A stretch of DNA of 64,000 nucleotides from Myxococcota bacterium. Lineage in GTDB: Bacteria; Myxococcota_A; UBA9042; PHBI01; JAWLBL01. Each line of letters begins with the position of its first letter. Position 1 is the first letter of the stretch. Shown one piece after another: positions 52,594 through 62,155 of the stretch. The stretch spans positions 224,001 to 288,000 of the forward strand of contig JAWLBL010000004.1 in assembly GCA_041687695.1 (NCBI GenBank), written 5' to 3'. The notes beneath the pieces were generated by a model, which searched no databases, had not been told where the DNA came from, and saw only the letters and a program-made list of their open reading frames with translations. The position numbers and the translations under genes are program-made.

Positions 52594-54468
52594 ATGCGAA
52601 CCCTGGCGCTCGCCGCGACCGTCCTCACCGCCCTCGCCAGCGCGGGCTGCACCGACGACCGTTGCCAGTCCAACGCCGACTGCCCGCCGGGGCGCATGTG
52701 TCACCTCGGCCTGTGCGCCCTCGATCCCAGCGCCGCCAAGGACGTCCCGACGGGCGCCGACGGGCTGGGTGACGTCGATCTGTCGTGCGAGCCCGCCACG
52801 GCCGACGACCTCGTCATGACCGAGGTCCTCATCGACCCGGCCGGCGTCGACGTGAGCGGCGACGGCAACGCGGACTCGCAGAAGAACGAGTTCGTCGAGG
52901 TCGTGAACGTCTCCGGGGCCTCCGTCGGCCTGTCGAGCGCCTCGCTGCAGATCGGCTCGAAGACCATCCCCCTCGGCGCGTTCTGCCTCGGACCGAACCA
53001 GACCCGTGTCCTGTTCTCGTCCGAGGCGTCGCTGGGCCTGACCAACGCGCCCAAGGACCCGCTCACGGTCTCGCTCCTGGTGAACGGGGCGACCGTCCAG
53101 AGCCTGACCTACGGGGGCGCGACGCCGCTCAAGGGCGACAAGAAGCAGTCGCTGACGCTCACCGTGCAGCTCGACCCGCTGTCCGCGTGGGACCTTCACT
53201 CGGTCGTCGGCTCCGGGCCCTGGTCGCCCGGCAAGTGCGCGAACGGCAACGACTTCCCCAACTGCACGGGCGCGCCCGTCGACCCCGACGCCGGGGACGC
53301 CACCGGCGGCGACCTGCCGGACACGGTCGCGCCCTGCGGTCCGGCGCCGACGGCGGGACAGCTGATCATCAACGAGCTGCTGGCCGACCCGGGCAACATG
53401 AACGACGCCAACCAGGACGGTCAGGTCAACGCCAACGAGGACGAGTTCATCGAGATCGTCAACGTGGCGACCGAGGCCATCGACCTTGGGGGCGTGACGC
53501 TGAGCGAGGCCGCCGGCAAGACCTTCACCTTCCCGGCGGGCGCCTGCCTGCAGCCCCACCAGGCCGCGCTGATGTTCGGCAAGTACGAGGGCGGCGGCGA
53601 CTTCGGCGGCGCGATCGCCTTCGGCTATGGCGGCCAGTTCGCCCTGAACAACGACACCGAGACGGTGACGTTGAAGGCGGCCGACGGGCAGATGCTGGAC
53701 TCGGTGAGCTACGGGGCCGAGGGGAACGCCGACCAGTCGCTGACGCGCGAGACGGACCTCCTGGTCGAGGCCCCCTTCGTCAAGCACATGTCCGCCCCGC
53801 GCTCGGGCGGCAGCCGCATGAGCCCCGGCCGATGCCAGAACGGGCGCCCCTTCCCCGACTGCGCCGCCCCGCCCGACACCGGCGACGCCGGGCCGACCGA
53901 CGGGGGCGGCTCCGAGGTCGTCGAGGACGTGGGCCCCGCCTGTGGGGCCGCGGCCGCCGCCGGGCTGCTGGTCATCAACGAGGTGCTCGCCGATCCCGAC
54001 GGCGTCGACGTCAACGGCGACGGGACCTACTCGGCGACCCACGACGAGTTCGTCGAGCTGGTCAACGTCAGCGGCGAGACGCTGGACCTGTCGGGCGTCA
54101 AGCTGCTGACCGGCGCCACCGACCCGCCGACCGATCTGGTACACACCTTCGCCGGCCTGTGCCTCGAGCCGCAGCAGGGCGTGGTCCTGTTCGGCGGCGG
54201 CGCGCCGGCCCTGTCGGCCGAGGGCGCGGTCATGATGACGAGCAACATCGGCCTGTCGCTCAACAACGGCGGCGACACGGTGGCCCTCGTGGCCGCCGAC
54301 GGCCAGGCCATCGACACGGTCACCTACGGGGCCTCCAAGGGAGTGTCCCTGGCGCGCCAGCCCGACGGCTCGGGCGACTTCGCGGCCCACCCCACGCTGC
54401 CCAGCGAGCAGGCCTGGTCGCCCGGCCTGTGCACGACCGGCACGGCCTTCGCCTTCTGCCTTCCCTAA
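52594..54468 (+). CDS. Lipoprotein with three lamin-tail (LTD)-like domains
   Basis: Lipobox SAGC; three LxINExLADP…DxNxDG…EFxExxN…SPG.C units. Confidence 0.82.
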   Translation: MRTLALAATVLTALASAGCTDDRCQSNADCPPGRMCHLGLCALDPSAAKDVPTGADGLGDVDLSCEPATADDLVMTEVLIDPAGVDVSGDGNADSQKNEFVEVVNVSGASVGLSSASLQIGSKTIPLGAFCLGPNQTRVLFSSEASLGLTNAPKDPLTVSLLVNGATVQSLTYGGATPLKGDKKQSLTLTVQLDPLSAWDLHSVVGSGPWSPGKCANGNDFPNCTGAPVDPDAGDATGGDLPDTVAPCGPAPTAGQLIINELLADPGNMNDANQDGQVNANEDEFIEIVNVATEAIDLGGVTLSEAAGKTFTFPAGACLQPHQAALMFGKYEGGGDFGGAIAFGYGGQFALNNDTETVTLKAADGQMLDSVSYGAEGNADQSLTRETDLLVEAPFVKHMSAPRSGGSRMSPGRCQNGRPFPDCAAPPDTGDAGPTDGGGSEVVEDVGPACGAAAAAGLLVINEVLADPDGVDVNGDGTYSATHDEFVELVNVSGETLDLSGVKLLTGATDPPTDLVHTFAGLCLEPQQGVVLFGGGAPALSAEGAVMMTSNIGLSLNNGGDTVALVAADGQAIDTVTYGASKGVSLARQPDGSGDFAAHPTLPSEQAWSPGLCTTGTAFAFCLP

Positions 54469-54519
54469 GCGGGAGCCGAGTGCGAAAAGGAGGGCTCACC
54501 TCCGGACGGAAAGGACAGC

Positions 54520-55641
54520 ATGAGCGACCGCCCCAAGATGTGCGCGAACTGCGGCAAGCTCATGGGCGTCGGCGACACCTGCCCCTACTGCGGCGCCGAC
54601 AACCGCGCCGTCGCGGTGCGGGCCAAACGCGTCATGGGCCGCGCCGCCGGCGAGGCCGGCGCCATGTCGGTCTCCGGGGCCATCGTCACCGTCAACCTGT
54701 TCCTGTACTTGACCGCGCTCGTCGTCGGCGGGGTCGAGCAGGGCGGCGGGATGATGGGCTTTCTGGCGCCGGACACCTCGGTCCTGTTCCAGCTCGGGCT
54801 GCAGTACAACCCGGCCATCGAGGCCGGGCAGTGGTGGCGCCTGGTCACCCCGATCTTCCTGCACCTGGGGCTGCTGCACGTCCTGTTCAACTGCTACATC
54901 CTGTGGGCCTCCGGGCGGCTGGTCGAGGGCGAGATCGGCTCGCGCCTGATGTTCCTGACCTACATGCTCGCTGGCGTCGTCGGCTTCGTCGCCTCGTACT
55001 ACCAGGGCATCGGGGGCGGCGGGGCCTCGGGCGCGGTCGCGGGCATGCTGGGCTTCATGCTGGTGCGCCGGCGCCTGGTGGACGGCCACTTCCGGCACCC
55101 GGCGACGGTCTGGGTCATCCAGCTGGTCGTCCTCAACGCCGTCTTCGGGCTCCTCGCGACCCAGGTGAACAACACCGCGCACCTGTTCGGGTTCTTGACC
55201 GGCGGCGCCATGGCCCTGCTCCTCACGAAGGTGCGCCTGTCGCGGCTTGGCGCCGTCGCGTTGATGCTGCTGACGTGGACGATGGCCGCCGTGACCGTGG
55301 CGTCCTTCGCGTTGATGTTGCTGTCGGCCTACCGCGGCGGCCCCGACGACTTCGCCGAGGCGCAACGCTGCTGGATCCAGGTCGCCGACGTCGTCCAGCG
55401 CCCGGCCTTCGATCCCGATCGAGCGATGCGAGCCCGCGCCTGCCTGGCCGACGCCCCACGGCTCGAGCCCGAGGCCAACCAGGCGGCCGAGCAAGCCGCG
55501 CGAGCGCTGGGCCAGGGCATCGAGGCCTGGGAGCGGGGCGACTCCGCGCCGGTCGCGCGCTCGCTGGACGCGGCGGCCGAGGCCTTCAAGCAGTACGACC
55601 GTTGGCGCGACGAGGCCGCGCCGCGCTACGCCCATCGATGA
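54520..55641 (+). CDS. Rhomboid intramembrane serine protease with N-terminal Zn-ribbon and C-terminal helical extension
   Basis: WWRLVTPIFLH, HVLFN, GASG (Ser), AHLFG (His); CANC…CPYC at N-terminus. Confidence 0.9.
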   Translation: MSDRPKMCANCGKLMGVGDTCPYCGADNRAVAVRAKRVMGRAAGEAGAMSVSGAIVTVNLFLYLTALVVGGVEQGGGMMGFLAPDTSVLFQLGLQYNPAIEAGQWWRLVTPIFLHLGLLHVLFNCYILWASGRLVEGEIGSRLMFLTYMLAGVVGFVASYYQGIGGGGASGAVAGMLGFMLVRRRLVDGHFRHPATVWVIQLVVLNAVFGLLATQVNNTAHLFGFLTGGAMALLLTKVRLSRLGAVALMLLTWTMAAVTVASFALMLLSAYRGGPDDFAEAQRCWIQVADVVQRPAFDPDRAMRARACLADAPRLEPEANQAAEQAARALGQGIEAWERGDSAPVARSLDAAAEAFKQYDRWRDEAAPRYAHR

Positions 55642-56429
55642 CCCCGCTGGTCGACAGCCACTGCCACCTCGACAGCGACCGGCTCGACCTGCCGCCCGAC
55701 GAGGCGGTGGCCCGGGCCCGCGCGGCCGGCGTGGCCGACATCGTGATGGCGGGCGTCGACCCCGGCTGCTGGGACACCCAGGTCGCGCTCGCCGGGCGCC
55801 ACGAACGCGTCTGGCCGGTCTACGGCGTCCACCCCGTGCTGGCGGCGCAGATGAGCGAGGCCGAGCAGGACGACGCGCTGGCCCGCCTCGAGCAGCTGGC
55901 CGCCAGGCACCGACCCGTGGCCATCGGCGAGACGGGGCTCGACGCCTTCGAGGCCGACAAGGGCACGCTGGCGCGCCAGGAGCGGAGCCTGCGCGCCCAC
56001 GCCGAGCTGGCGGACCGGCTTGGCCTGCCCCTGGTGCTCCATCTGCTGCGCACCCACGACGCCGCCCTGCGGGTCTTGAAGGACCTGCGCCTGCCCGCTG
56101 CAGGCGGGTTGGTCCACAGCTTCTCCGGTTCGGCCGAGCTGGTCCGCGAGTACCTGAAGCTGGGCCTGCACGTCGCCTTCTGCGGCACGGTCAGCTACCC
56201 GCAGTCGCGCCGCGTCAAGGCGGCGGCGGCCGAGGTCCCGCCCGACCGGCTGCTCGTCGAGACCGACTCGCCCGACCAGACCCCGCACCCGCACCGCGGC
56301 CGCCCCAACCGCCCCGAGCTGCTGCCCGCGGTGCTGGCCGGCCTGGCCGAGGCCCGCGACGAGCCGACCGACGCCCTGGCTCTCCTGACCACCGCCAACG
56401 CGCGTCGCCTGTTCGGGCTGCCGGCCTGA
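55638..56429 (+). CDS. TatD-family hydrolase
   Basis: DSHCH, GVHP, GETGLD, HSFSG, ETDSP; ATGA overlap with the rhomboid gene. Confidence 0.92.
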   Translation: MTPLVDSHCHLDSDRLDLPPDEAVARARAAGVADIVMAGVDPGCWDTQVALAGRHERVWPVYGVHPVLAAQMSEAEQDDALARLEQLAARHRPVAIGETGLDAFEADKGTLARQERSLRAHAELADRLGLPLVLHLLRTHDAALRVLKDLRLPAAGGLVHSFSGSAELVREYLKLGLHVAFCGTVSYPQSRRVKAAAAEVPPDRLLVETDSPDQTPHPHRGRPNRPELLPAVLAGLAEARDEPTDALALLTTANARRLFGLPA

Positions 56430-57905
56430 CTAGTCGCCGGCCTCGTCCTCTTCGGTCGCGGCCTCGTCGGCGCCCGGCGCCGCGGCCTTGCCGGTGGTCT
56501 TCTTGGCCTCGAACCAGGCCGAGATGACCTCGCGCGCCGGCACGGGCGCCTTGGTGTGCCACACGTCGCCGTTGACGATGAGGCAGGCGACGGCCACCTC
56601 GGGGTCCTCGGCCGGGGCGAAGGCGACGAACCAGCTGTAGTGCCGCGCGGGCCCCGCGTCGCGCGCGGTCAGGGTGCCGGTCTTGCCGGCGACCTCGAGG
56701 CCGGCGACCAGCGGCTTGCCCCGCTTGTTGAAGTACTTGGACGCGGTCCCGGTCGCCGTGGTCGCGACCATCATCGGGACGACCTCGCGCGCGACCTCGG
56801 GCGAGACGACCTGGGCCAGCGCGTCCCAGCGCGCCTCGTACAGGAGCTGGTCGCCGCGCTGGGCGCGCGCGACGAGGCGCGGGGCCATCATCTTGCCGCC
56901 GTTCGCGATGGTGGCGGCGATGAGCGCCCCGTGCAGCGGGCTCAGGGTCGTGCCGACGAAGCCGGCCGCGGACTGCGCGAAGCCCAGCCGGCTGCCGGTC
57001 GGGATCTTGGCGGCGCTCACGCCGACGCCCCACAGGAAGGGCAGGCGCTTGTTGAACAGGAACCGCTCCGCCATCTCCTGTAGCTGCCCCGGCTGCAGCA
57101 GGCGGTCGGCCCAGCGCGCGAAGGCGACGTTGTTGCTCGACCCGAGCGCCTCGGCGAGCGTCTCGCACTGCGTGTCGCGCTCGGCCTTGTCCTCGAGGTT
57201 GTACAGGGTCAGGCGGCGGTGCCCGCCGTGGGTGCAGATGCGGCTCTGGTGCGACAGCTTGCCCATCTCGACCAGCGCTGCCGCCGAGACGATCTTGAAG
57301 ATGCTGGCGGCGGGCCCCTCGGACTGCAGCGAAAGGTGACGCAGGTCCGGGCGGTGCTCGGCGTGCTCGGCCATCGCCAGGATCTCGCCGGTCTGCGGTC
57401 GGATGGCGACCACGGCCCCGTAGTCCACCCGGAAGCGCTCGAGCGATCGCTTGGCCACGCGCTGCAGCAGCGGGTCGAGGGTCAGCTCGAGGCGCGTGCC
57501 GTCCTCGAGCACCTGCACGAGCCGGTCGCCCTCGACCGCGGCCAGCGCCGGGTCGACCTGGCCGGCTGGCAGGGCCCAGTGGGCCGTCTGCGCGCTGGGG
57601 GGCGCGGCCGGCTGGGCGGCCTCGGGCGCGCGCACCGCCTCGCTCAAGGCCTTGGGGGCGCGCGCCACGGGCTCGAGCGGCCGGACGACCGGCACCACCG
57701 GGGCCAGGTCCGGCGGCGCCGCAGGGTCGGCCGCCAAGGGTCCGGACGGCGGCAGGGCCTCCGCAGGGGCGCTGGGGGCGCCGACGTCGCGCGCCGCCTC
57801 GGGGCCGGCGGACCTCGCCATCGTCACGGCCACGAAGATCGTGCCGGCCAAAAGACCCAGCCCGGCGCCGACCCGGATGCGCCTCGCCAAGGGTCGCATG
57901 GTCAT
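56430..57905 (-). CDS. Penicillin-binding transpeptidase-domain protein (no clear dimerisation or transglycosylase domain)
   Basis: SxxK (SIFK), SxN (SNN), KTG motifs; N-terminal TM plus Pro/Ala linker; LTLDPLLQ. Confidence 0.88.
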   Translation of the reverse strand: MTMRPLARRIRVGAGLGLLAGTIFVAVTMARSAGPEAARDVGAPSAPAEALPPSGPLAADPAAPPDLAPVVPVVRPLEPVARAPKALSEAVRAPEAAQPAAPPSAQTAHWALPAGQVDPALAAVEGDRLVQVLEDGTRLELTLDPLLQRVAKRSLERFRVDYGAVVAIRPQTGEILAMAEHAEHRPDLRHLSLQSEGPAASIFKIVSAAALVEMGKLSHQSRICTHGGHRRLTLYNLEDKAERDTQCETLAEALGSSNNVAFARWADRLLQPGQLQEMAERFLFNKRLPFLWGVGVSAAKIPTGSRLGFAQSAAGFVGTTLSPLHGALIAATIANGGKMMAPRLVARAQRGDQLLYEARWDALAQVVSPEVAREVVPMMVATTATGTASKYFNKRGKPLVAGLEVAGKTGTLTARDAGPARHYSWFVAFAPAEDPEVAVACLIVNGDVWHTKAPVPAREVISAWFEAKKTTGKAAAPGADEAATEEDEAGD

Positions 57906-58092
57906 GCTCCGAGGTATCTCAGAGGGGATCGTGTGTGTCCAACAATCCGTTCGCCGGCCCCGGGATTCCCGGTCGCGCCCCGCCGCCGCCGGTCCCAGAT
58001 CCCCGGTGCGTAAGGTCTTTCGCACGTTGACCCCCCGCACGGCGGGTGGCATTTTCCGGCGCCTGACCCTGAAGCTGCTGCCGTAGGTGTGG

Positions 58093-59958
58093 ATGCCCGC
58101 GACCCCCATGGGAATGCCCGAGGCGACGCTGCTCGAGCTGTTCCGGCGCCGAGTGGCCGAGACGCCCTCCGGCGAGGCGTCGCGCCACACGTACGGCCGC
58201 AAGGTCGTCACGACCACCTGGTCCGACTGGGACCGGCGCTCGCGGACGTTGGCCGCCGGCCTGCTGCGCCTGGGGGTCGAGCTGGGCGACCGCGTCGCGC
58301 TGCTGTCGCGCACCCGGGTCGAGTGGACGTGGCTCGACATGGCCATCCTGATGGCCGGCGGGGTCACCGTCCCGCTCTTCCCCAGCGAGACCGGCGCCAC
58401 GTGCGCCTTCGTGCTGGCCGACTGCGAGGCGCGGTTCGCCATCGTCGAGAACCCGGCGCAGGTGCGGAAGCTCCTGGCCCTGCGCGAGCAGCTCCCGCGC
58501 CTCGAGCGCGTGGTGGTGCTCGATCAGGAGTGCGAGCTGCCCCAGCAGCCGCAGGCTCCGGACGCCGTGCTGCGGCTCGCCGACGTCGCCGACGAGGCCT
58601 CGGCCGGCTGGCTCGTGCCCATCGAGGAGCTCTGGGACGGCGGCGAGCGCGATCTCGGCGCCCTGACCGGCGAGCTGGCGACCCGCGCCGCCCTGGTCGG
58701 CCCCGACACGCTGGCGACCCTGGCCTACACCCCCGGGACCGAGCGCGAGCCCAAGGGGGTCATGCTGACCCACGGCAACTACTTCGCCGCCAGCGACGCC
58801 CTGGCCCAGGCGCTCAGCGTCGGCCCCGAGGACCGCCAGCTCCTGTACCTGCCGCTGGCCCACGTCTTCGCCCGCATCACGGTGGTCGTGGCGATGCAGG
58901 TCGGCCTGTCGACGGCCTACGCGCGCAGCTACGGGACCTTGCTGGACGACGCGCGCCTGCACCAGCCGACCTTCCTGTGCACCATCCCGCGCCTGCTCGA
59001 GAAGGTGCAGGGCGAGATGGAGGCCGACGAGCGCATGGGCGGCGGCCTGCAGCGCCTGGTGTCGACCTGGGCCCGCGGGGTCGGCGCGACCGCCAGTCAG
59101 AACGGCGACGGCGGGGGGCTGCTGCGGGATCTGCAGCTGAAGGTCGCCGACAAGCTGGTCTTCAGCCGCCTGCGCGAGCGGTTCGGCGGCGCGCTGCGCT
59201 TCGTCATCAGCGGCGCCGCGCCCCTGCCGCACGAGACCGGCCGCTTCTTCGCCGCCCACGGGCTGCCGGCGCTCGAGGGCTACGGGATGACCGAGACCTG
59301 CGCGGCGACCAGCATCGCTCGCCTGGAGCGCCACCGGGTCGGCACCGTCGGCCCGCCGCTGCCCGGGGTCGAGGTGCGCCTCACCGAGGACGGCGAGCTG
59401 CTGGTGCGCGGTCCGAACGTGTCGCCCGGCTACTGGGAGCGCCCCGACGAGACCGCGGCCGCCATCGACGCCGACGGCTGGTTCCACACGGGCGACCTGT
59501 GCCGCCTCGAGGACGACGAGATCGTCGTCATGGACCGCAAGAGCGACATCATCCTCCTCGCGACCGGCCGCGCCATCGCGCCCCAGCCCATCGCCGAGGC
59601 CCTGCGCGCCCACGATCTGGTCAGCCAGGTGCTCATCCACGGCGAGGGCCGCAGCTTCCTGAGCGCCCTCATCACCCTGGACAAGGACGCCCTGCTGCGC
59701 TTCGCCGACGAGGCCAGCCTGGACCCCGACTACGAGGGCCTGACGCGCCACCCGGCCGTGTTCGCCGCCGTCGAGCGCCTGGTCGAGCGGGTCAACGCCC
59801 AGCTGGCCCCGCACGAGAACATCCGCAAGTTCGCCATCCTGTCGACCGAGCCGTCGACCGAGACGGGCGACCTGACCCCGACCCAGCGCCTGCGCCGCCG
59901 CGTCGCCACCGAGCGCCACCGCGCGCTGCTCGACTCCTTCTACTCGGAGCAATACTGA
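58093..59958 (+). CDS. Long-chain acyl-CoA synthetase-like AMP-binding protein with degenerate catalytic motifs
   Basis: LPLAHVF, SGAAPL, GYGMTE, GELLVRG, WFHTGD; P-loop reads YTPGTEREPKG; start uncertain. Confidence 0.85.
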   Translation: MPATPMGMPEATLLELFRRRVAETPSGEASRHTYGRKVVTTTWSDWDRRSRTLAAGLLRLGVELGDRVALLSRTRVEWTWLDMAILMAGGVTVPLFPSETGATCAFVLADCEARFAIVENPAQVRKLLALREQLPRLERVVVLDQECELPQQPQAPDAVLRLADVADEASAGWLVPIEELWDGGERDLGALTGELATRAALVGPDTLATLAYTPGTEREPKGVMLTHGNYFAASDALAQALSVGPEDRQLLYLPLAHVFARITVVVAMQVGLSTAYARSYGTLLDDARLHQPTFLCTIPRLLEKVQGEMEADERMGGGLQRLVSTWARGVGATASQNGDGGGLLRDLQLKVADKLVFSRLRERFGGALRFVISGAAPLPHETGRFFAAHGLPALEGYGMTETCAATSIARLERHRVGTVGPPLPGVEVRLTEDGELLVRGPNVSPGYWERPDETAAAIDADGWFHTGDLCRLEDDEIVVMDRKSDIILLATGRAIAPQPIAEALRAHDLVSQVLIHGEGRSFLSALITLDKDALLRFADEASLDPDYEGLTRHPAVFAAVERLVERVNAQLAPHENIRKFAILSTEPSTETGDLTPTQRLRRRVATERHRALLDSFYSEQY

Positions 59959-59960
59959 GG

Positions 59961-60674
59961 ATGCCCACCCCGCCCAAGGCCCTCGTCATCATCCCGACCT
60001 ACAACGAGCGGGAGAACCTGCCCAAGCTGGTCGAGGCCATCTTCGCGGTCGAGCCGGAGCTCCACCTGCTGGTCGTCGACGACAACTCGCCCGACGGCAC
60101 GGGCGAGCTGGCCGACGACATCGCGCGCCGCGACGGCCGCGTGCACGTCATGCACCGCGCCGGCAAGCTGGGCCTGGGCACCGCCTACATCGCCGGCTTC
60201 AAGTGGGCGCTGGCCCGCGACTATCCGCTCGTCTTCGAGATGGACGCCGACTTCAGCCACCAGCCCAAGTACCTGCCCGACTTCCTGAAGGCGGCCGAGG
60301 ACGCCGATCTCGTCCTGGGCACGCGCTACATCAAGGGCGGCGGCGTCGAGGACTGGGGCCCGCTGCGCCAGCTCATCAGCCGCGGCGGCAACCTGTACGC
60401 CCGCGCCATCCTGTCGATGCCCTTCCACGACCTCACCGGCGGCTTCAAGTGCTTCCGCCGCCGGGTGCTCGAGGCCATCGACCTCGACTCGGTTCGGTCG
60501 GTCGGCTACGCCTTTCAGATCGAGCTGACCTACCGGACCTGGAAGCAGGGCTTCCGCATCGTCGAGGTCCCGATCGTCTTCCCGGACCGCACCGCCGGCA
60601 AGTCGAAGATGTCCAAGAACATCGTCCGCGAGGCGATGATCAACGTGGTCAAGCTACGGCTCGGTCGTCGCTGA
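59961..60674 (+). CDS. Polyprenol monophosphomannose synthase-like GT2 glycosyltransferase
   Basis: IIPTYNE, VDDNSPDGT, GKLGLGTAY, EMDADFSH, DLTGGFK, GYAFQIE, DRTAGKSKM. Confidence 0.92.
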   Translation: MPTPPKALVIIPTYNERENLPKLVEAIFAVEPELHLLVVDDNSPDGTGELADDIARRDGRVHVMHRAGKLGLGTAYIAGFKWALARDYPLVFEMDADFSHQPKYLPDFLKAAEDADLVLGTRYIKGGGVEDWGPLRQLISRGGNLYARAILSMPFHDLTGGFKCFRRRVLEAIDLDSVRSVGYAFQIELTYRTWKQGFRIVEVPIVFPDRTAGKSKMSKNIVREAMINVVKLRLGRR

Positions 60675-60696
60675 GGAAAGGCGCGACGCCGCCAGG

Positions 60697-62052
60697 CTAC
60701 GGCTCGGTCGTCGCCGATGGCGCGTCGGCGGCCCGCTCGGACAGGTAGGCACGCCAGGGCTCGGCCTGCTGCCCGAAGGTGCGCCCGGTCAGGGAGGCCA
60801 GGGCCAGCGACGCCTCGGCCGTGGCCTTGCCGGCCTCGAGCAGCCCGACCAGCGGCTCGAGGGCGCGCGGGTCCTTGCGCAGGGCGAGGCTGCGGGGGAT
60901 GAGCCCCAGGACCGTGGCGTCGGCTTCGGCGGCGAGGCGGCCGACCAGCGCGTCGACGGCGGCGGCCTCGTCGATCTGCCCCAGGCGCGCGACGGCCGCG
61001 CGGCGGACCGACGGGTCGGGATCGGCGAGGAAGGGGGCGACCAGGGCGGCGCGCTGGCCGGCCGGCGCCGCGACCCCCAGCAGGTTGGCGGCCGAAAGGC
61101 GCAGGGCGGGCGCCGGATCGCGGCCGGCGGCCTGCAGCAGCGGCAAGGCGCTGGCCGGCTCGTCGGCCACGCGGGCGTCGAGGGCCGAGCGGCGGACGTC
61201 GACGCGGGCGTGGGTCAGCGCCGTGTCCCACAGGGCGGCGCGCGCCTCGGCGGGGGCCAGGGGGACGGCGCGGGCGCCGGCCTGGGCGAGGCGCGGATCG
61301 GCGGCGCCGAGGGCGGCCGCGACGGTGGCGCCCGGCAGCGGCGCCTTGGCCAGCCGGGCGGCGAGCAGCGCGCTCGCGGCGGTCACCGGGTGGTCGCTGG
61401 CGGCGAGCCGGGCCAGCTCTGGGGCGAGCTCGGGCGTGGCCACACGGCCCAGGGCGAGCGCGGCCTCGACGGCGACCTCCTCGTCGGGATCCTCGAGCTT
61501 GGGCAGGAGGACCCGGCCCGCCTCGGCGGGATCGAGGCGCGAGAGGGCCTCGATGGCGCGCGCGCGGACCGTGGGATCGGCGTCGTCGACGCGGCGCGCG
61601 ACCTCGGGGGCGTACTCCTTGGCGCCCACCGCGACCAGGGCCTCGAGGGCCTGCTGGCGGATCGCCGGGATCGAGTGCTCGAGCACCTGAACGATGGGCT
61701 CGATGCCGTTGGGGCGCTTGGTCTGGGTGAACCAGGACAGCGCGGCCTGCAGCTCGTCCAGGTTCTTGCTTCGAAGCAGGGCGAGCATCGCCGGCTCGGC
61801 CAGCTCACCGGCGCCGACCAGCTGCCCCAGGGCCCAGCTGCGCTGCCTCGGCAGCTGCATCACCAGGGCCTCGACCCGCGGGTCCAGCTCGGGCAGCTCG
61901 ACGCCGCCGGGGCTCTTGACCACGCGCCGCGCCTCGGGCGCGGGCGGCGGATCGGGGAATGCCCTTGACTCGGCGGCGGGTTTCGGCTTGCTACAGCCGG
62001 CGGCCACGGCCAACGTGGTGAGGATGAGAGCGGTAACCCGCAACGGGCGCAT
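60697..62052 (-). CDS. HEAT-repeat lipoprotein
   Basis: Lipobox AAGC; repeated L.D.DP.VR..A..AL motifs. Confidence 0.8.
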   Translation of the reverse strand: MRPLRVTALILTTLAVAAGCSKPKPAAESRAFPDPPPAPEARRVVKSPGGVELPELDPRVEALVMQLPRQRSWALGQLVGAGELAEPAMLALLRSKNLDELQAALSWFTQTKRPNGIEPIVQVLEHSIPAIRQQALEALVAVGAKEYAPEVARRVDDADPTVRARAIEALSRLDPAEAGRVLLPKLEDPDEEVAVEAALALGRVATPELAPELARLAASDHPVTAASALLAARLAKAPLPGATVAAALGAADPRLAQAGARAVPLAPAEARAALWDTALTHARVDVRRSALDARVADEPASALPLLQAAGRDPAPALRLSAANLLGVAAPAGQRAALVAPFLADPDPSVRRAAVARLGQIDEAAAVDALVGRLAAEADATVLGLIPRSLALRKDPRALEPLVGLLEAGKATAEASLALASLTGRTFGQQAEPWRAYLSERAADAPSATTEP

Positions 62053-62155
62053 CGGGGCCTCCATCGCCTTTCCCAGAACGTGCGGCATCCTACGCAACGA
62101 CGGCGCGGGGGCAACCCTCGCGCCGCCCCGCGTCGACGACGCCTGACGAGGGTCT

